A stretch of 64,000 nucleotides of DNA from a virus (IMGVR_UViG_3300006115_000009:14903-78902), one strand, 5' to 3'; shown: positions 9,397 to 17,255, counted from the stretch's first letter. Notes: generated by a model from the sequence alone, not told the origin. Program-made: numbers and translations.

Positions 9397-9944
9397 TGGA
9401 AAACATTGTCATTGGAATAGCGGGTTTTGCGGGGGCCGGCAAGGACACCCTTGCCATCCAAATGGTAGAAAGGCTTGGCTTTAAGCGTCTAGCCTTTGCG
9501 GACCCAATGCGTGAGTCTCTTTACGCAACTAACCCCATCGTCCACGCCGACACCATGAATAAATTTTTTCGCCTTCAGCAAATTGTTGACGCTATCGGTT
9601 GGGACGCTGCTAAGCGCGAATACAAAGAGATTCGTCGTTTGCTGCAAACTTTTGGCACCGAAGGCGGCCGAAACGTGCTGGGCAAGAACATTTGGATTGA
9701 CACGCTTAGCAACAAGTACGAGGGCGGAAAATTAGTGGTGCCAGACGTTCGTTTTGTTGACGAAGCACAACGCATCAAAGACATGGGTGGTTTCGTTCTT
9801 CGCATTGTTCGCGATGGCTACGAACCAGTAAATTCTCACGTTTCCGAAACCGCCTACGAAGGCTACGACTACCTTTTGAGCAATAACGAAAGCCCTGAAA
9901 AACTTTTTGAAAGTTTTTGCGAAATCTACTTGACACTGACCTAG
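9396..9944 (+). CDS. deoxynucleoside monophosphate kinase
   Basis: IGIAGFAGAGKDT P-loop, AFADPMRE, RRLLQTFGTEGGR, PDVRFVDE, HVSE. Confidence 0.88.
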   Translation: MENIVIGIAGFAGAGKDTLAIQMVERLGFKRLAFADPMRESLYATNPIVHADTMNKFFRLQQIVDAIGWDAAKREYKEIRRLLQTFGTEGGRNVLGKNIWIDTLSNKYEGGKLVVPDVRFVDEAQRIKDMGGFVLRIVRDGYEPVNSHVSETAYEGYDYLLSNNESPEKLFESFCEIYLTLT

Positions 9945-9959
9945 CAACGAGGTTATCTT
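9930..9959 (+). promoter_or_regulatory. sigma-A/70-type promoter for WhiB operon
   Basis: TTGACA-18 bp-TATCTT just upstream of whiB ATG. Confidence 0.55.
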
Positions 9960-9966
9960 CTTCCGC

Positions 9967-10392
9967 ATGGATAAATTCAACTGGATGGAAGAAGCGACAT
10001 GCCGCGGTATGGACGTAAATATTTTTATGCCGGACGACGAGGGAAAGATTTCGTTGCCCAAGTTGCGTGCGGCGCAGAAAATATGCGCAGAGTGTCCAGT
10101 GAAGCAAGAGTGCCTACAATACGCAATCGACCTTGATATTACAGTTGGCATTTATGGCGGGATAAGTAACAAGGCTCGGCGTGAATACAAGAGCGGCAAG
10201 AAAAAAGCCACCTACAACAAGCCAGTCCGCAAGAAATCTTACGAAGAACTAAAGCATGGCACCATGAACGCTTACAGCCGTCACGGTTGCCGTTGTGAAC
10301 CCTGCAAGGAAGTTGCGCGTATTCACTGGCAGGAAATGGGAAAGAAAAACCGTCAAGCAGCACAGGCAAAAGCAAAGGAGTCAGCAGCATGA
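9967..10392 (+). CDS. whiB: WhiB-family transcription factor with C-terminal HGT..GCRCEPC domain
   Basis: WMEEATCRG...AQKICAECPVKQECLQYA...GIYGG four-Cys WhiB signature. Confidence 0.88.
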   Translation: MDKFNWMEEATCRGMDVNIFMPDDEGKISLPKLRAAQKICAECPVKQECLQYAIDLDITVGIYGGISNKARREYKSGKKKATYNKPVRKKSYEELKHGTMNAYSRHGCRCEPCKEVARIHWQEMGKKNRQAAQAKAKESAA

Positions 10393-10580
10393 TTGATTTT
10401 TGGGCGGCGGTTATGCGGGGTCACCAACTCCACATTGAATACGCCAAGAGACTTCCTCGCAAGAAAAAGAAGTTCATCAAGAGCATCTTTAAAATTGCGG
10501 GGGACCTAGCAGGAGACTTCGCAATAGTCTCCATGGAATTTGACCGACAAGTAAGTATCCAGACGAGGGGTGACCGATGA
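10389..10580 (+). CDS. hypothetical protein
   Basis: 63 aa, ATGA-coupled to whiB. Confidence 0.5.
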   Translation: MIDFWAAVMRGHQLHIEYAKRLPRKKKKFIKSIFKIAGDLAGDFAIVSMEFDRQVSIQTRGDR

Positions 10581-10752
10581 ATATCCAAGTAGCACACGTT
10601 TTGCTTGCTTTTGCTGCCGGCTATTGGTTGCGCGCATTTATTACTCGGGGTCACTAATGGAAGAAAAGTGCGACTGTCGCGAGGTTTTACGCGATTGGCC
10701 CGGTTGGGAATACAAGTACGACTACTGCCCTGAGTGCGGAGAGAAATTATGA
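10570..10752 (+). CDS. small zinc-ribbon protein (module B; start may be 10657)
   Basis: CDC...YDYCPECGEKL. Confidence 0.55.
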   Translation: MTDEYPSSTRFACFCCRLLVARIYYSGSLMEEKCDCREVLRDWPGWEYKYDYCPECGEKL

Positions 10753-11042
10753 GTCAATTTACATTTAATGAATTAGAAATGATTTCGGAGGCCCTTTATG
10801 CCAAGTGGGAACGGCTTAAGGAAACCGAACATCAAGTCTATTCCAACGCTATTCGTGGTCTAATGAATAGAATTACCAAAAAAAAGGATGCCCTTTGGGA
10901 TGCGGAGCCTTCAAAAATAGAGCCCTCAACCCCCCTGAACTGCGAACACTTGACCGAGGGCTACGTTTTTATAAACCCGTTCAAAGAGGTCTACGGAACT
11001 ATTGACTTCACCTACTGCCCGACCTGCGGAGAGAAACTATGA
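10749..11042 (+). CDS. protein ending in zinc-ribbon module B
   Basis: CEH...FTYCPTCGEKL; ATGA overlaps at both ends. Confidence 0.6.
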   Translation: MSQFTFNELEMISEALYAKWERLKETEHQVYSNAIRGLMNRITKKKDALWDAEPSKIEPSTPLNCEHLTEGYVFINPFKEVYGTIDFTYCPTCGEKL

Positions 11043-11176
11043 GCCCCGAAGAACTAAAGCCTAACGACCTCAAAGTTAAAGTTGAGTGCGACCACGCCAT
11101 TGCCATTGCCCTTCACGGAACCGACCCAGTTGGTATCAACTTCAACTACTGCCCCAAGTGCGGAGATAGCCTATGA
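11039..11176 (+). CDS. 45 aa stand-alone module B
   Basis: MSPEELKPNDLKVKVECDHAIAIALHGTDPVGINFNYCPKCGDSL; manual translation, ATGA-coupled. Confidence 0.6.
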   Translation: MSPEELKPNDLKVKVECDHAIAIALHGTDPVGINFNYCPKCGDSL

Positions 11177-11457
11177 CCCCCGACGAACGCCAAGCCCTAC
11201 GAGAGAAGCACGGCAGATTTAAGTTTCGCGATAACCGAACCTTTTGTGTTTTTTGCCTAGATGATTACGGATTGGACAAGCCCCACCCTTGCGACGTAAT
11301 CAAGGTACTGGACGCTACCGAAGAACTAAAGCCTAACGACCTAAAAACTAAAGTTGAGTGCGACCACGTTACCGGTTCGTGGATACCAACGGGTGCAGAG
11401 GACGATGAAATGTGGCTTGAGTTCACCTACTGCCCTAAGTGCGGAGAGAAACTATGA
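11173..11457 (+). CDS. module A + module B fusion
   Basis: ERQALREKH...CVFC...PCDVIKVLD fused to EELKPNDLKTKVECDH...FTYCPKCGEKL. Confidence 0.65.
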   Translation: MTPDERQALREKHGRFKFRDNRTFCVFCLDDYGLDKPHPCDVIKVLDATEELKPNDLKTKVECDHVTGSWIPTGAEDDEMWLEFTYCPKCGEKL

Positions 11458-11732
11458 GTGAACGTTCGGCCACAGAAAACGCTAGTGAACGTTTGGCCAC
11501 TTTGACCTCTTTCAAAAATTGCCAAAACAGTAACAAAGCCATTACGGAATTGACAACTTCTAAAGACTTTCTAGAGGGAATGCGTAAAAAGCATGTGCCC
11601 ATCTTTCAAAACCGAGGCAAAAAGGGCAACATCAACTACTGCGTAGGTTGCAAGGGCCCAAATGATACGTTAATTCAAAATTGGCCTTGCGATGTTGTGC
11701 GGGTGCTTATTTACTTGGAGAAACAGGAATGA
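11454..11732 (+). CDS. protein with diverged module A
   Basis: MRKKH...CVGC...WPCDVVRVL. Confidence 0.55.
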   Translation: MSERSATENASERLATLTSFKNCQNSNKAITELTTSKDFLEGMRKKHVPIFQNRGKKGNINYCVGCKGPNDTLIQNWPCDVVRVLIYLEKQE

Positions 11733-11998
11733 TTGAAAGAATGGCTATTGCGGCACAAAACCGCGCAGAGGAACTCCTGCTAGAACTCATCTCCGAACGA
11801 CTACTCAAGCACAAGCCACCATCAAAGGAAGAAGTCGAAGCCGACGACAAGCGCATGACTGCTCTTGGCTACCCACCCAGTGAAATCGAACTGGCGCACC
11901 GCAAAGGGTACGACATGGGATGGTGGGAATGCTACGAAGTGCTCAGCAACCTCATCACCGCACACAACGATGAGAACGACTACCGTAGGCAACGGTAA
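11729..11998 (+). CDS. hypothetical protein
   Basis: 89 aa from ATG at 11729, ATGA-coupled. Confidence 0.55.
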   Translation: MIERMAIAAQNRAEELLLELISERLLKHKPPSKEEVEADDKRMTALGYPPSEIELAHRKGYDMGWWECYEVLSNLITAHNDENDYRRQR

Positions 11999-12049
11999 AT
12001 AACGAACAAGCGTCTACAGATAACGCTATGTGTACACAGTTAGAAACAG

Positions 12050-12283
12050 GTGAAATGTAATGTTAGAACAAGGAAACTACTCATACCTCAACCCAGCCGA
12101 GGACTTTTCACTGAACTGTCAAGCCTGCGGATTTACCGAGGAAGAAGAACAAGCCATCGTCAAGTTCTTTGCGTACATACGCCAAGCCGAGGAACTGAAG
12201 CGAGCGAGCGAAAGGCTATTCAGCGAATGACCCTCGACACTCGTGACACATACATCACAACCAACAGAAAGGACGCATTGTGA
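12050..12283 (+). CDS. possible hypothetical protein
   Basis: 77 aa ORF filling the gap; weak RBS, reading frame uncertain. Confidence 0.3.
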   Translation: MKCNVRTRKLLIPQPSRGLFTELSSLRIYRGRRTSHRQVLCVHTPSRGTEASERKAIQRMTLDTRDTYITTNRKDAL

Positions 12284-12510
12284 CAAATCTGTCACCCGAA
12301 GAACGCCAAAAATTGCGAGAAAAGCACGCCAAATGCTCTTGTGGACATTGCACCTCTAACGAGTGCTCCGCCGGTTGTGTTGGCGATTACCCCTGCGACG
12401 CACTTCGCGTACTTGACGTACTTGAAAAAACAGAAAAGAAACTGACTCACTACAGGCGCCAAAGAACCCTGCTTAGAGATTTAGTGACCGAGATGCTGGA
12501 GAAGCAATGA
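12280..12510 (+). CDS. module A protein
   Basis: EERQKLREKH...CSCGHC...YPCDALRVLD. Confidence 0.6.
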   Translation: MTNLSPEERQKLREKHAKCSCGHCTSNECSAGCVGDYPCDALRVLDVLEKTEKKLTHYRRQRTLLRDLVTEMLEKQ

Positions 12511-12767
12511 ACTCTGCCGAACGCCAAGCCCTACGAGAGAAGCACCGTCAGTACGGCTCCTACTGCTTTACCTGCGGATACTGGAACGAAGAGGTGGGCG
12601 ATTACGACTCAGCCTCCTACCCCTGCGACGTAATCAAGGTACTGGACGTTTGGGAGGCAAATAGCAAGAAAGCCCTTGACGCTCTCGACCACATCAACAC
12701 AATGCGAGTAGATGAAGACGACTTCGAGTGGATAGAGACTGCTGAAAACATTCTAAACGGAGAGTAA
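12507..12767 (+). CDS. module A protein
   Basis: ERQALREKH...CFTC...YPCDVIKVLD. Confidence 0.6.
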   Translation: MNSAERQALREKHRQYGSYCFTCGYWNEEVGDYDSASYPCDVIKVLDVWEANSKKALDALDHINTMRVDEDDFEWIETAENILNGE

Positions 12768-12768
12768 G

Positions 12769-13182
12769 TTGAACGTTCACTTTTCATCCCAGCACGCAAA
12801 CTGGCGTACTCCCGAGGGAATCTACAACCAACTCAACGAAGAGTTTGGGTTCAACTTTGACCCCTGCCCTCTTTACGGGGAGTTCTACGCCGAACAAAAC
12901 GGGGCGGTAGACGGCCTGAAAGTTAATTGGGGGTACACCACCTTTTGTAACCCGCCTTATGGCAAAGAGATAAGTAAGTGGACTGCCAAAGCCCGGGAAG
13001 AAGCCGAGAAGAACAAGACCGTTGTTTTGCTTGTCCCCAGCCGCACCGATACCGCGTGGTGGCACGATGATATTATGAAGGCGGACGAAATCCGGTTCAT
13101 TCGTGGCCGGTTAAAATTTGGCGGGGCAACTAGCGACGCTCCGTTCCCTAGCGCAGTTGTTATTTGGAGGAAAGAGGACTAA
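12769..13182 (+). CDS. phage DNA N6-adenine methyltransferase (Dam-like phage family)
   Basis: WRTP, FNFDPC, FCNPPYG, LVPSRTDT.WWH, GRLKF, APFPSAVV. Confidence 0.85.
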   Translation: MNVHFSSQHANWRTPEGIYNQLNEEFGFNFDPCPLYGEFYAEQNGAVDGLKVNWGYTTFCNPPYGKEISKWTAKAREEAEKNKTVVLLVPSRTDTAWWHDDIMKADEIRFIRGRLKFGGATSDAPFPSAVVIWRKED

Positions 13183-13421
13183 TGGAGATTCAGACAAAAT
13201 TTAAGTTGGGGGACGTGGTTACCAACCACCTCGACGAAAAGGGACCCGTAACCATCATCGAAACAGTTACGCTGCGCACAGACCGCGGGGCGCAGGAAAC
13301 GTGGGTGACCTACACCTACAACGGGCTTAAAGGCAGCGGTACGGAGTTCTACGGCCAAGAAGAAGATTTAACACTTGTCGAAACGGCCCCCAGCGCCTAT
13401 ACTGACGTTGACCCGAAGTAG
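13182..13421 (+). CDS. hypothetical protein (SH3/KOW-like TKFKLGDVV start)
   Basis: 79 aa, TAATG overlap with the MTase. Confidence 0.55.
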   Translation: MEIQTKFKLGDVVTNHLDEKGPVTIIETVTLRTDRGAQETWVTYTYNGLKGSGTEFYGQEEDLTLVETAPSAYTDVDPK

Positions 13422-13433
13422 GAAGGAAGAGAA

Positions 13434-13583
13434 ATGACCGACGAAAACACCACCCGCATCAAGTTGGACTTCACCGCGGACGAACTCGAGCAGATTGTGG
13501 CCGGTATGCGAGCAAGCGGGCTCAAGTTTGACGAGTTCTTACAACTCGCGCACGACATGGTGAAACAACAAAATCAACAATAA
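13434..13583 (+). CDS. 49 aa hypothetical protein (possible ribbon-helix-helix-like)
   Basis: MTDENTTRIKLDFTADELEQIVAGMRASGLKFDEFLQLAHDMVKQQNQQ, GGAAGG RBS. Confidence 0.5.
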   Translation: MTDENTTRIKLDFTADELEQIVAGMRASGLKFDEFLQLAHDMVKQQNQQ

Positions 13584-13910
13584 TTATCGGCCGCTGTAAA
13601 CAATACAATTTGCTGTTCTACAGAAAAGCCTAATTAGCAAACAAAGGTCCAACGCTACTTACGGGGACCTTTAAAAAATTTTTCCCAGAAAAATCGTCAT
13701 TACGCCGCTTCGCGGGAATAATGCTGCACACAGCGAACATTAACCACGTTAACGTTCTATATATAGAGAATATAGTGCTGAAGAGTGGTTAGAAGGCTGG
13801 GTACCTCGAGACCATGCCACGGAAAGACGTGGCTGCCCCCGGATTAAAAATCTCGGCTAAACGAGGCCAGCACAATCCCCACGACAATTATTGCCATCAC
13901 TACAAACGCG

Positions 13911-14621
13911 TCAATCAAGCCCGCGCCACCGGTTCAAACCGTAGGGGTTCTTTGCAGCCTCTGACTTCCACACAACGATAGAACCGTCAGGCAACTTTAT
14001 AAACCTGTCTCCCAGGGTCGCGTACGCAGTGCCCCAGTAACTTTCTGACTCAATTCGTACGCCCTCTAGAACCCGCGAACCGTTCTTGTAGACCCAAGTT
14101 ACCTCAAAGGTGGCAGAGGGCGCGAGAAACGATTCTAGGGCCTTCTCATCGAAGTCTGTGTCAATAGGCAATACGTCTACCGTAATCTTGGTGTCGTCGG
14201 TGTCAAATGCGGGCTTGCACTTGGCACAGTTCCCCCCGCAATTTTTTTTGGCACTAGGGGTACTCTTCAAAAGTGAGTCCCCCCACCCCTTCAAACTTTT
14301 GTCTTCCTTCTTGTTGAAGTGGATGTTGTCGATGTTCTTGACGAAATACTTCTCAAAGCCAGAAAGGGACTGAACTGTAGGCACTTTGTCCGTGGCCACA
14401 ATATAGCCGTTCTTGTCGACAAACTCGGTCATGTAGAACTCGCCCTTCTTATAGATGCGTAGTTCCAAACGTTGACGCTGAGCGGTGTCAAGAGCAGTAA
14501 GGATGACGACGCTGTAGTCGGTCACCCCCGCGAAAATTTTTGAAACCTGCTCGATGTTATTGCCCTTCCATACCGCATACTGGAAGATTTCGCCGTCTGA
14601 GATTCGCTTGCACTGTGCCAT
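13911..14621 (-). CDS. hypothetical protein
   Basis: Long ORF; ATG at 14621 (MAQCKRISDG) preferred over 14660. Confidence 0.55.
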   Translation of the reverse strand: MAQCKRISDGEIFQYAVWKGNNIEQVSKIFAGVTDYSVVILTALDTAQRQRLELRIYKKGEFYMTEFVDKNGYIVATDKVPTVQSLSGFEKYFVKNIDNIHFNKKEDKSLKGWGDSLLKSTPSAKKNCGGNCAKCKPAFDTDDTKITVDVLPIDTDFDEKALESFLAPSATFEVTWVYKNGSRVLEGVRIESESYWGTAYATLGDRFIKLPDGSIVVWKSEAAKNPYGLNRWRGLD

Positions 14622-14765
14622 AGGTACATAGTGTACCAGAAGCCGCCGAAACCTGTCCACTCTTTGTGCTGAATTGAACAGATGTTCGGATATATGGCAA
14701 TGAATTATATGCGTGTTGGTACCGGGCCGATCTAGTCGTGTTACCGCTTCGCGTCGCTGGCGCGT

Positions 14766-14830
14766 TATGCTGGTCGCGTAGCGACAACCCCGCTACCGGC
14801 GCGACAAGCGCGCCGCACAGCACAGAAAGG
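14766..14830 (+). promoter_or_regulatory. -10 element, leader hairpin and RBS of first island gene
   Basis: TATGCT (14766), GGCGCG-ACAAG-CGCGCC hairpin (14798-14814), GAAAGG; same layout as downstream cassettes. Confidence 0.55.
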
Positions 14831-14838
14831 TGACACCT

Positions 14839-15636
14839 ATGTCACGTACTAACAACAACAACAGCACGCGCAAGGCGTGCGGAACTGTATTTACAGAACC
14901 GACAACGCTTAGCGCGTTTGTCTACAACAACGACGGCGCAACACCGGACGATGACACACAAGCGTTAGTGTCCGTGTCGGTGGAGACTGGCGCGCTATTG
15001 GCGAACGTCGCGGACGCGGTGTCGTTGTCCGTCGCGGACGCAACGTCCGCTATCGGTAACCGCACCGGCGCGGACGCACAGCGCGCCTATGTCGGCGCGC
15101 TGTTGTCTGGCGCGTGGTCTAGTGCCGTCGCGGACGAAGCGCGCCGACACAGCGGTAACGCGTGGAAGTTCACAACGGCCTGCGTCGTAGACAACGCGCT
15201 CGCGTCGCTTACCATTAACGCGGAAGTAGAAACCGGCGGACACGATGGCAATAACCGGACGTTGTACCTTGTCGCTACTGTGTCTACGTTCGACACCGGC
15301 GCGGAAGTTGTCCACCACGTTCACAGCGCGCGCAACGCTACGCGCATCACCGCGTCGTGCGGTTGCGTTAAGGCTTATCGCGGTGTTGTTGTCGGTGATG
15401 CGCTAACGCTAGGTGTTCACGATGTAGCGCGCGCTATCCGCGCGTTGCGTGTCGCGGTTGCCGGTAGCGGTACTGTGTCCGCTATCCTGAACGCGGTTAA
15501 GGCACAGGAACAGCACAGCGCGGAACAGTTGTCGAACGTGCCAAACATTTGGACTGGTGGCGTAATCCGTCGCGATAAGGCGCGCGTGTCCGGTGTCGCG
15601 TTGTCGGAAGTGGCGCGCGAGATAGCGACGCGCTAA
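14839..15636 (+). CDS. hypothetical protein, Ala/Val/Thr-rich, unusual CGCG-rich coding sequence
   Basis: 265 aa, GAAAGG RBS, followed by 14-bp inverted repeat. Confidence 0.65.
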   Translation: MSRTNNNNSTRKACGTVFTEPTTLSAFVYNNDGATPDDDTQALVSVSVETGALLANVADAVSLSVADATSAIGNRTGADAQRAYVGALLSGAWSSAVADEARRHSGNAWKFTTACVVDNALASLTINAEVETGGHDGNNRTLYLVATVSTFDTGAEVVHHVHSARNATRITASCGCVKAYRGVVVGDALTLGVHDVARAIRALRVAVAGSGTVSAILNAVKAQEQHSAEQLSNVPNIWTGGVIRRDKARVSGVALSEVAREIATR

Positions 15637-15643
15637 CCGGCGC

Positions 15644-15678
15644 GGATAACCGGCGCGGAAGTTGCGCGCCGGTTATCC
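15644..15678. terminator. perfect 14-bp inverted repeat after ORF 14839
   Basis: GGATAACCGGCGCG-7 nt-CGCGCCGGTTATCC. Confidence 0.5.
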
Positions 15679-15741
15679 GGTGGCGCGTGTCCGGCGCGCG
15701 TGTCCGTAATGGGCGCGCGCGCCGGTTGCGTGTCCGGCGCG

Positions 15742-15920
15742 ACGTGGGCGCGTGGGCGCGCGACGTGGGCGCGTGGGCGCGTGGGCGCGTGGGCGCGTGG
15801 GCGCGTGGGCGCGTGGGCGCGCGACGTGGGCGCGTGGGCGCGTGGGCGCGTGGGCGCGTGGGCGCGTGGGCGCGTGGGCGCGTGGGCGCGTGGGCGCGCG
15901 ACGTGGGCGCGTGGGCGCGT
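15742..15920. repeat. tandem 8-bp repeat (GGGCGCGT)n, 20 GGG tracts, three 13-bp variant units
   Basis: Directly visible in sequence. Confidence 0.95.
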
Positions 15921-15924
15921 GTCG

Positions 15925-15968
15925 TTGTCCACAACTTATCAACAAGTAATCCACAGGGCTGTGGATAA
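15925..15968. promoter_or_regulatory. cluster of four DnaA boxes
   Basis: TTGTCCACA (15925), TTATCAACA (15936), TAATCCACA (15947), inverted TGTGGATAA (15960). Confidence 0.7.
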
Positions 15969-16060
15969 CCCTCGATCGGCCCCTATCGCGCCCGTGTATG
16001 CGCGTGCGCCGAGAGCGTTTCAGGAAATTCCCCGTGTGCGCGATGTATTTCAGGGGTGGT

Positions 16061-16230
16061 CACGCGTGCGTAATCGCGCCCGTGTGCGCGTGCGCGCCCG
16101 TGTGCGCGTGCGCCTGCGCGCCCGTGTGCGTGCGTGCGTGTGCGCGCCATCGCGCGTATGCGTGCGCCTGCGTGTGCGCGTGTGCGCGCGTGCCATCGCG
16201 CGCGTGTGTGAGCGCGCGTGCGAGCGCGCG
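16061..16230. repeat. alternating purine-pyrimidine (CG/TG) tract
   Basis: Uninterrupted 25-nt alternations at 16123-16147 and 16169-16193. Confidence 0.85.
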
Positions 16231-16619
16231 ATAATTCTGTAAATACGCGCCACGCGTGAGAGAAATTTAGGGAATTGCCCGACGTGCGAATGTGTTCCTG
16301 GAAATCGCGCGCGTGTGTGAGGGAATTCCAGGAAATCCTCGCGTGTGTGCGTACACTACGCGCGGAGGCGCATCAGGAAATCGCGCAAGTGTGTGGGAAA
16401 TCCTTTTTTTCCCGCGCGCAAACCCTTTTTTTACGCGTGCGCGCAACTCCTTTTTTTTCGCGCGCGTATGCGGGCAGCATTTTTTTTCGCGCGCGATAAA
16501 TCGTGCTGACCAATCGCGCGACGGCGCACACCACCGTCACCAGGAAAATTCACGGAATTCTCTGTGGTGGAATTGTATAGTGGGGTGGTATCGCGCTCGA
16601 GGTGGCACTACCACCTCCC

Positions 16620-16769
16620 CTATTCGGGGAGGCGGCGTGCGCTTGGGTGACGGCGCTTGGCCTGTTCGACGGCCTCGGCCTCGGCCAACTGAAGGGCGGC
16701 CTCCTGCCAGTTCCAGACCAGAGCGACCACGCCGTTGCTGGCGTTCTTGCGGTGTTCGGACTTCTTCAT
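16620..16769 (-). CDS. 49 aa hypothetical protein driven by divergent dyad promoter
   Basis: MKKSEHRKNASNGVVALVWNWQEAALQLAEAEAVEQAKRRHPSARRLPE; GAAAGGA RBS, ACAAG leader hairpin, TGT-TAATCT 14 bp from dyad 16829. Confidence 0.65.
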   Translation of the reverse strand: MKKSEHRKNASNGVVALVWNWQEAALQLAEAEAVEQAKRRHPSARRLPE

Positions 16770-16913
16770 AGTGTTCCTTTCACTTAGCGGGCTTGTCCCG
16801 CTGAAACCAGATTAACACAACGGCTCGCATCGCGCACGCGCGATTCGATCGGCCAGTGATATGCTGGATTTCGTCAGGGGGCAAGCCCCTGCCAATACCC
16901 CAAGGGGATACTA

Positions 16914-17057
16914 ATGGCTTTCACTCAGCGACTTCAGGGCGACGTTTCAACCGGCAACGGAATGGGCGTAAACGCTTTCGGGCAAGAGGTGCGTATTGAG
17001 TTCTGCTGTCGGAACAACGCCGACGGCTACGACTGCGGTTGCGGAGAGGAGTGGTGA
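16914..17057 (+). CDS. 47 aa Cys-containing cassette peptide
   Basis: MAFTQRLQG...EFCCRNNADGYDCGCGEEW after dyad, TGA-TATGCT and GCAAG hairpin. Confidence 0.55.
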   Translation: MAFTQRLQGDVSTGNGMGVNAFGQEVRIEFCCRNNADGYDCGCGEEW

Positions 17058-17156
17058 GAGGGGCAATCGCGCGCATACGCAATCGCGCCCGCGCGATGGA
17101 ACCGGCTTAGTAATCTGTTGATGTAGTGATGTTGCTACCTTACGAAAGGATTTATT

Positions 17157-17255
17157 ATGTGCGAACACGGCGAGAAGTCATCAGAGCAGGTCTGCGGTAT
17201 CTGCTGGGGTGAGCCTACCCCCACCCTTGTCGCTCTCCTCGGTTGGGGGGAGTGA
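17157..17255 (+). CDS. 32 aa cassette peptide (C-x-H...C-x-x-C)
   Basis: MCEHGEKSSEQVCGICWGEPTPTLVALLGWGE after dyad 17082, TAATCT and GAAAGGA. Confidence 0.5.
   Translation: MCEHGEKSSEQVCGICWGEPTPTLVALLGWGE

Noticed and set aside
15497-16771. Numerous ORFs (RAHAP/ARGRVG repeats, CACA-rich) in the track
   Set aside because: They are read-throughs of the 8-mer tandem repeat and the alternating tract in all frames, with no RBS and low complexity; treated as non-coding
15644-16844. Protelomerase (telRL-like) site because of CGCG-centred palindromes
   Set aside because: No long (about 40-56 bp) single palindrome and no protelomerase gene seen; the dyads are short and multi-copy
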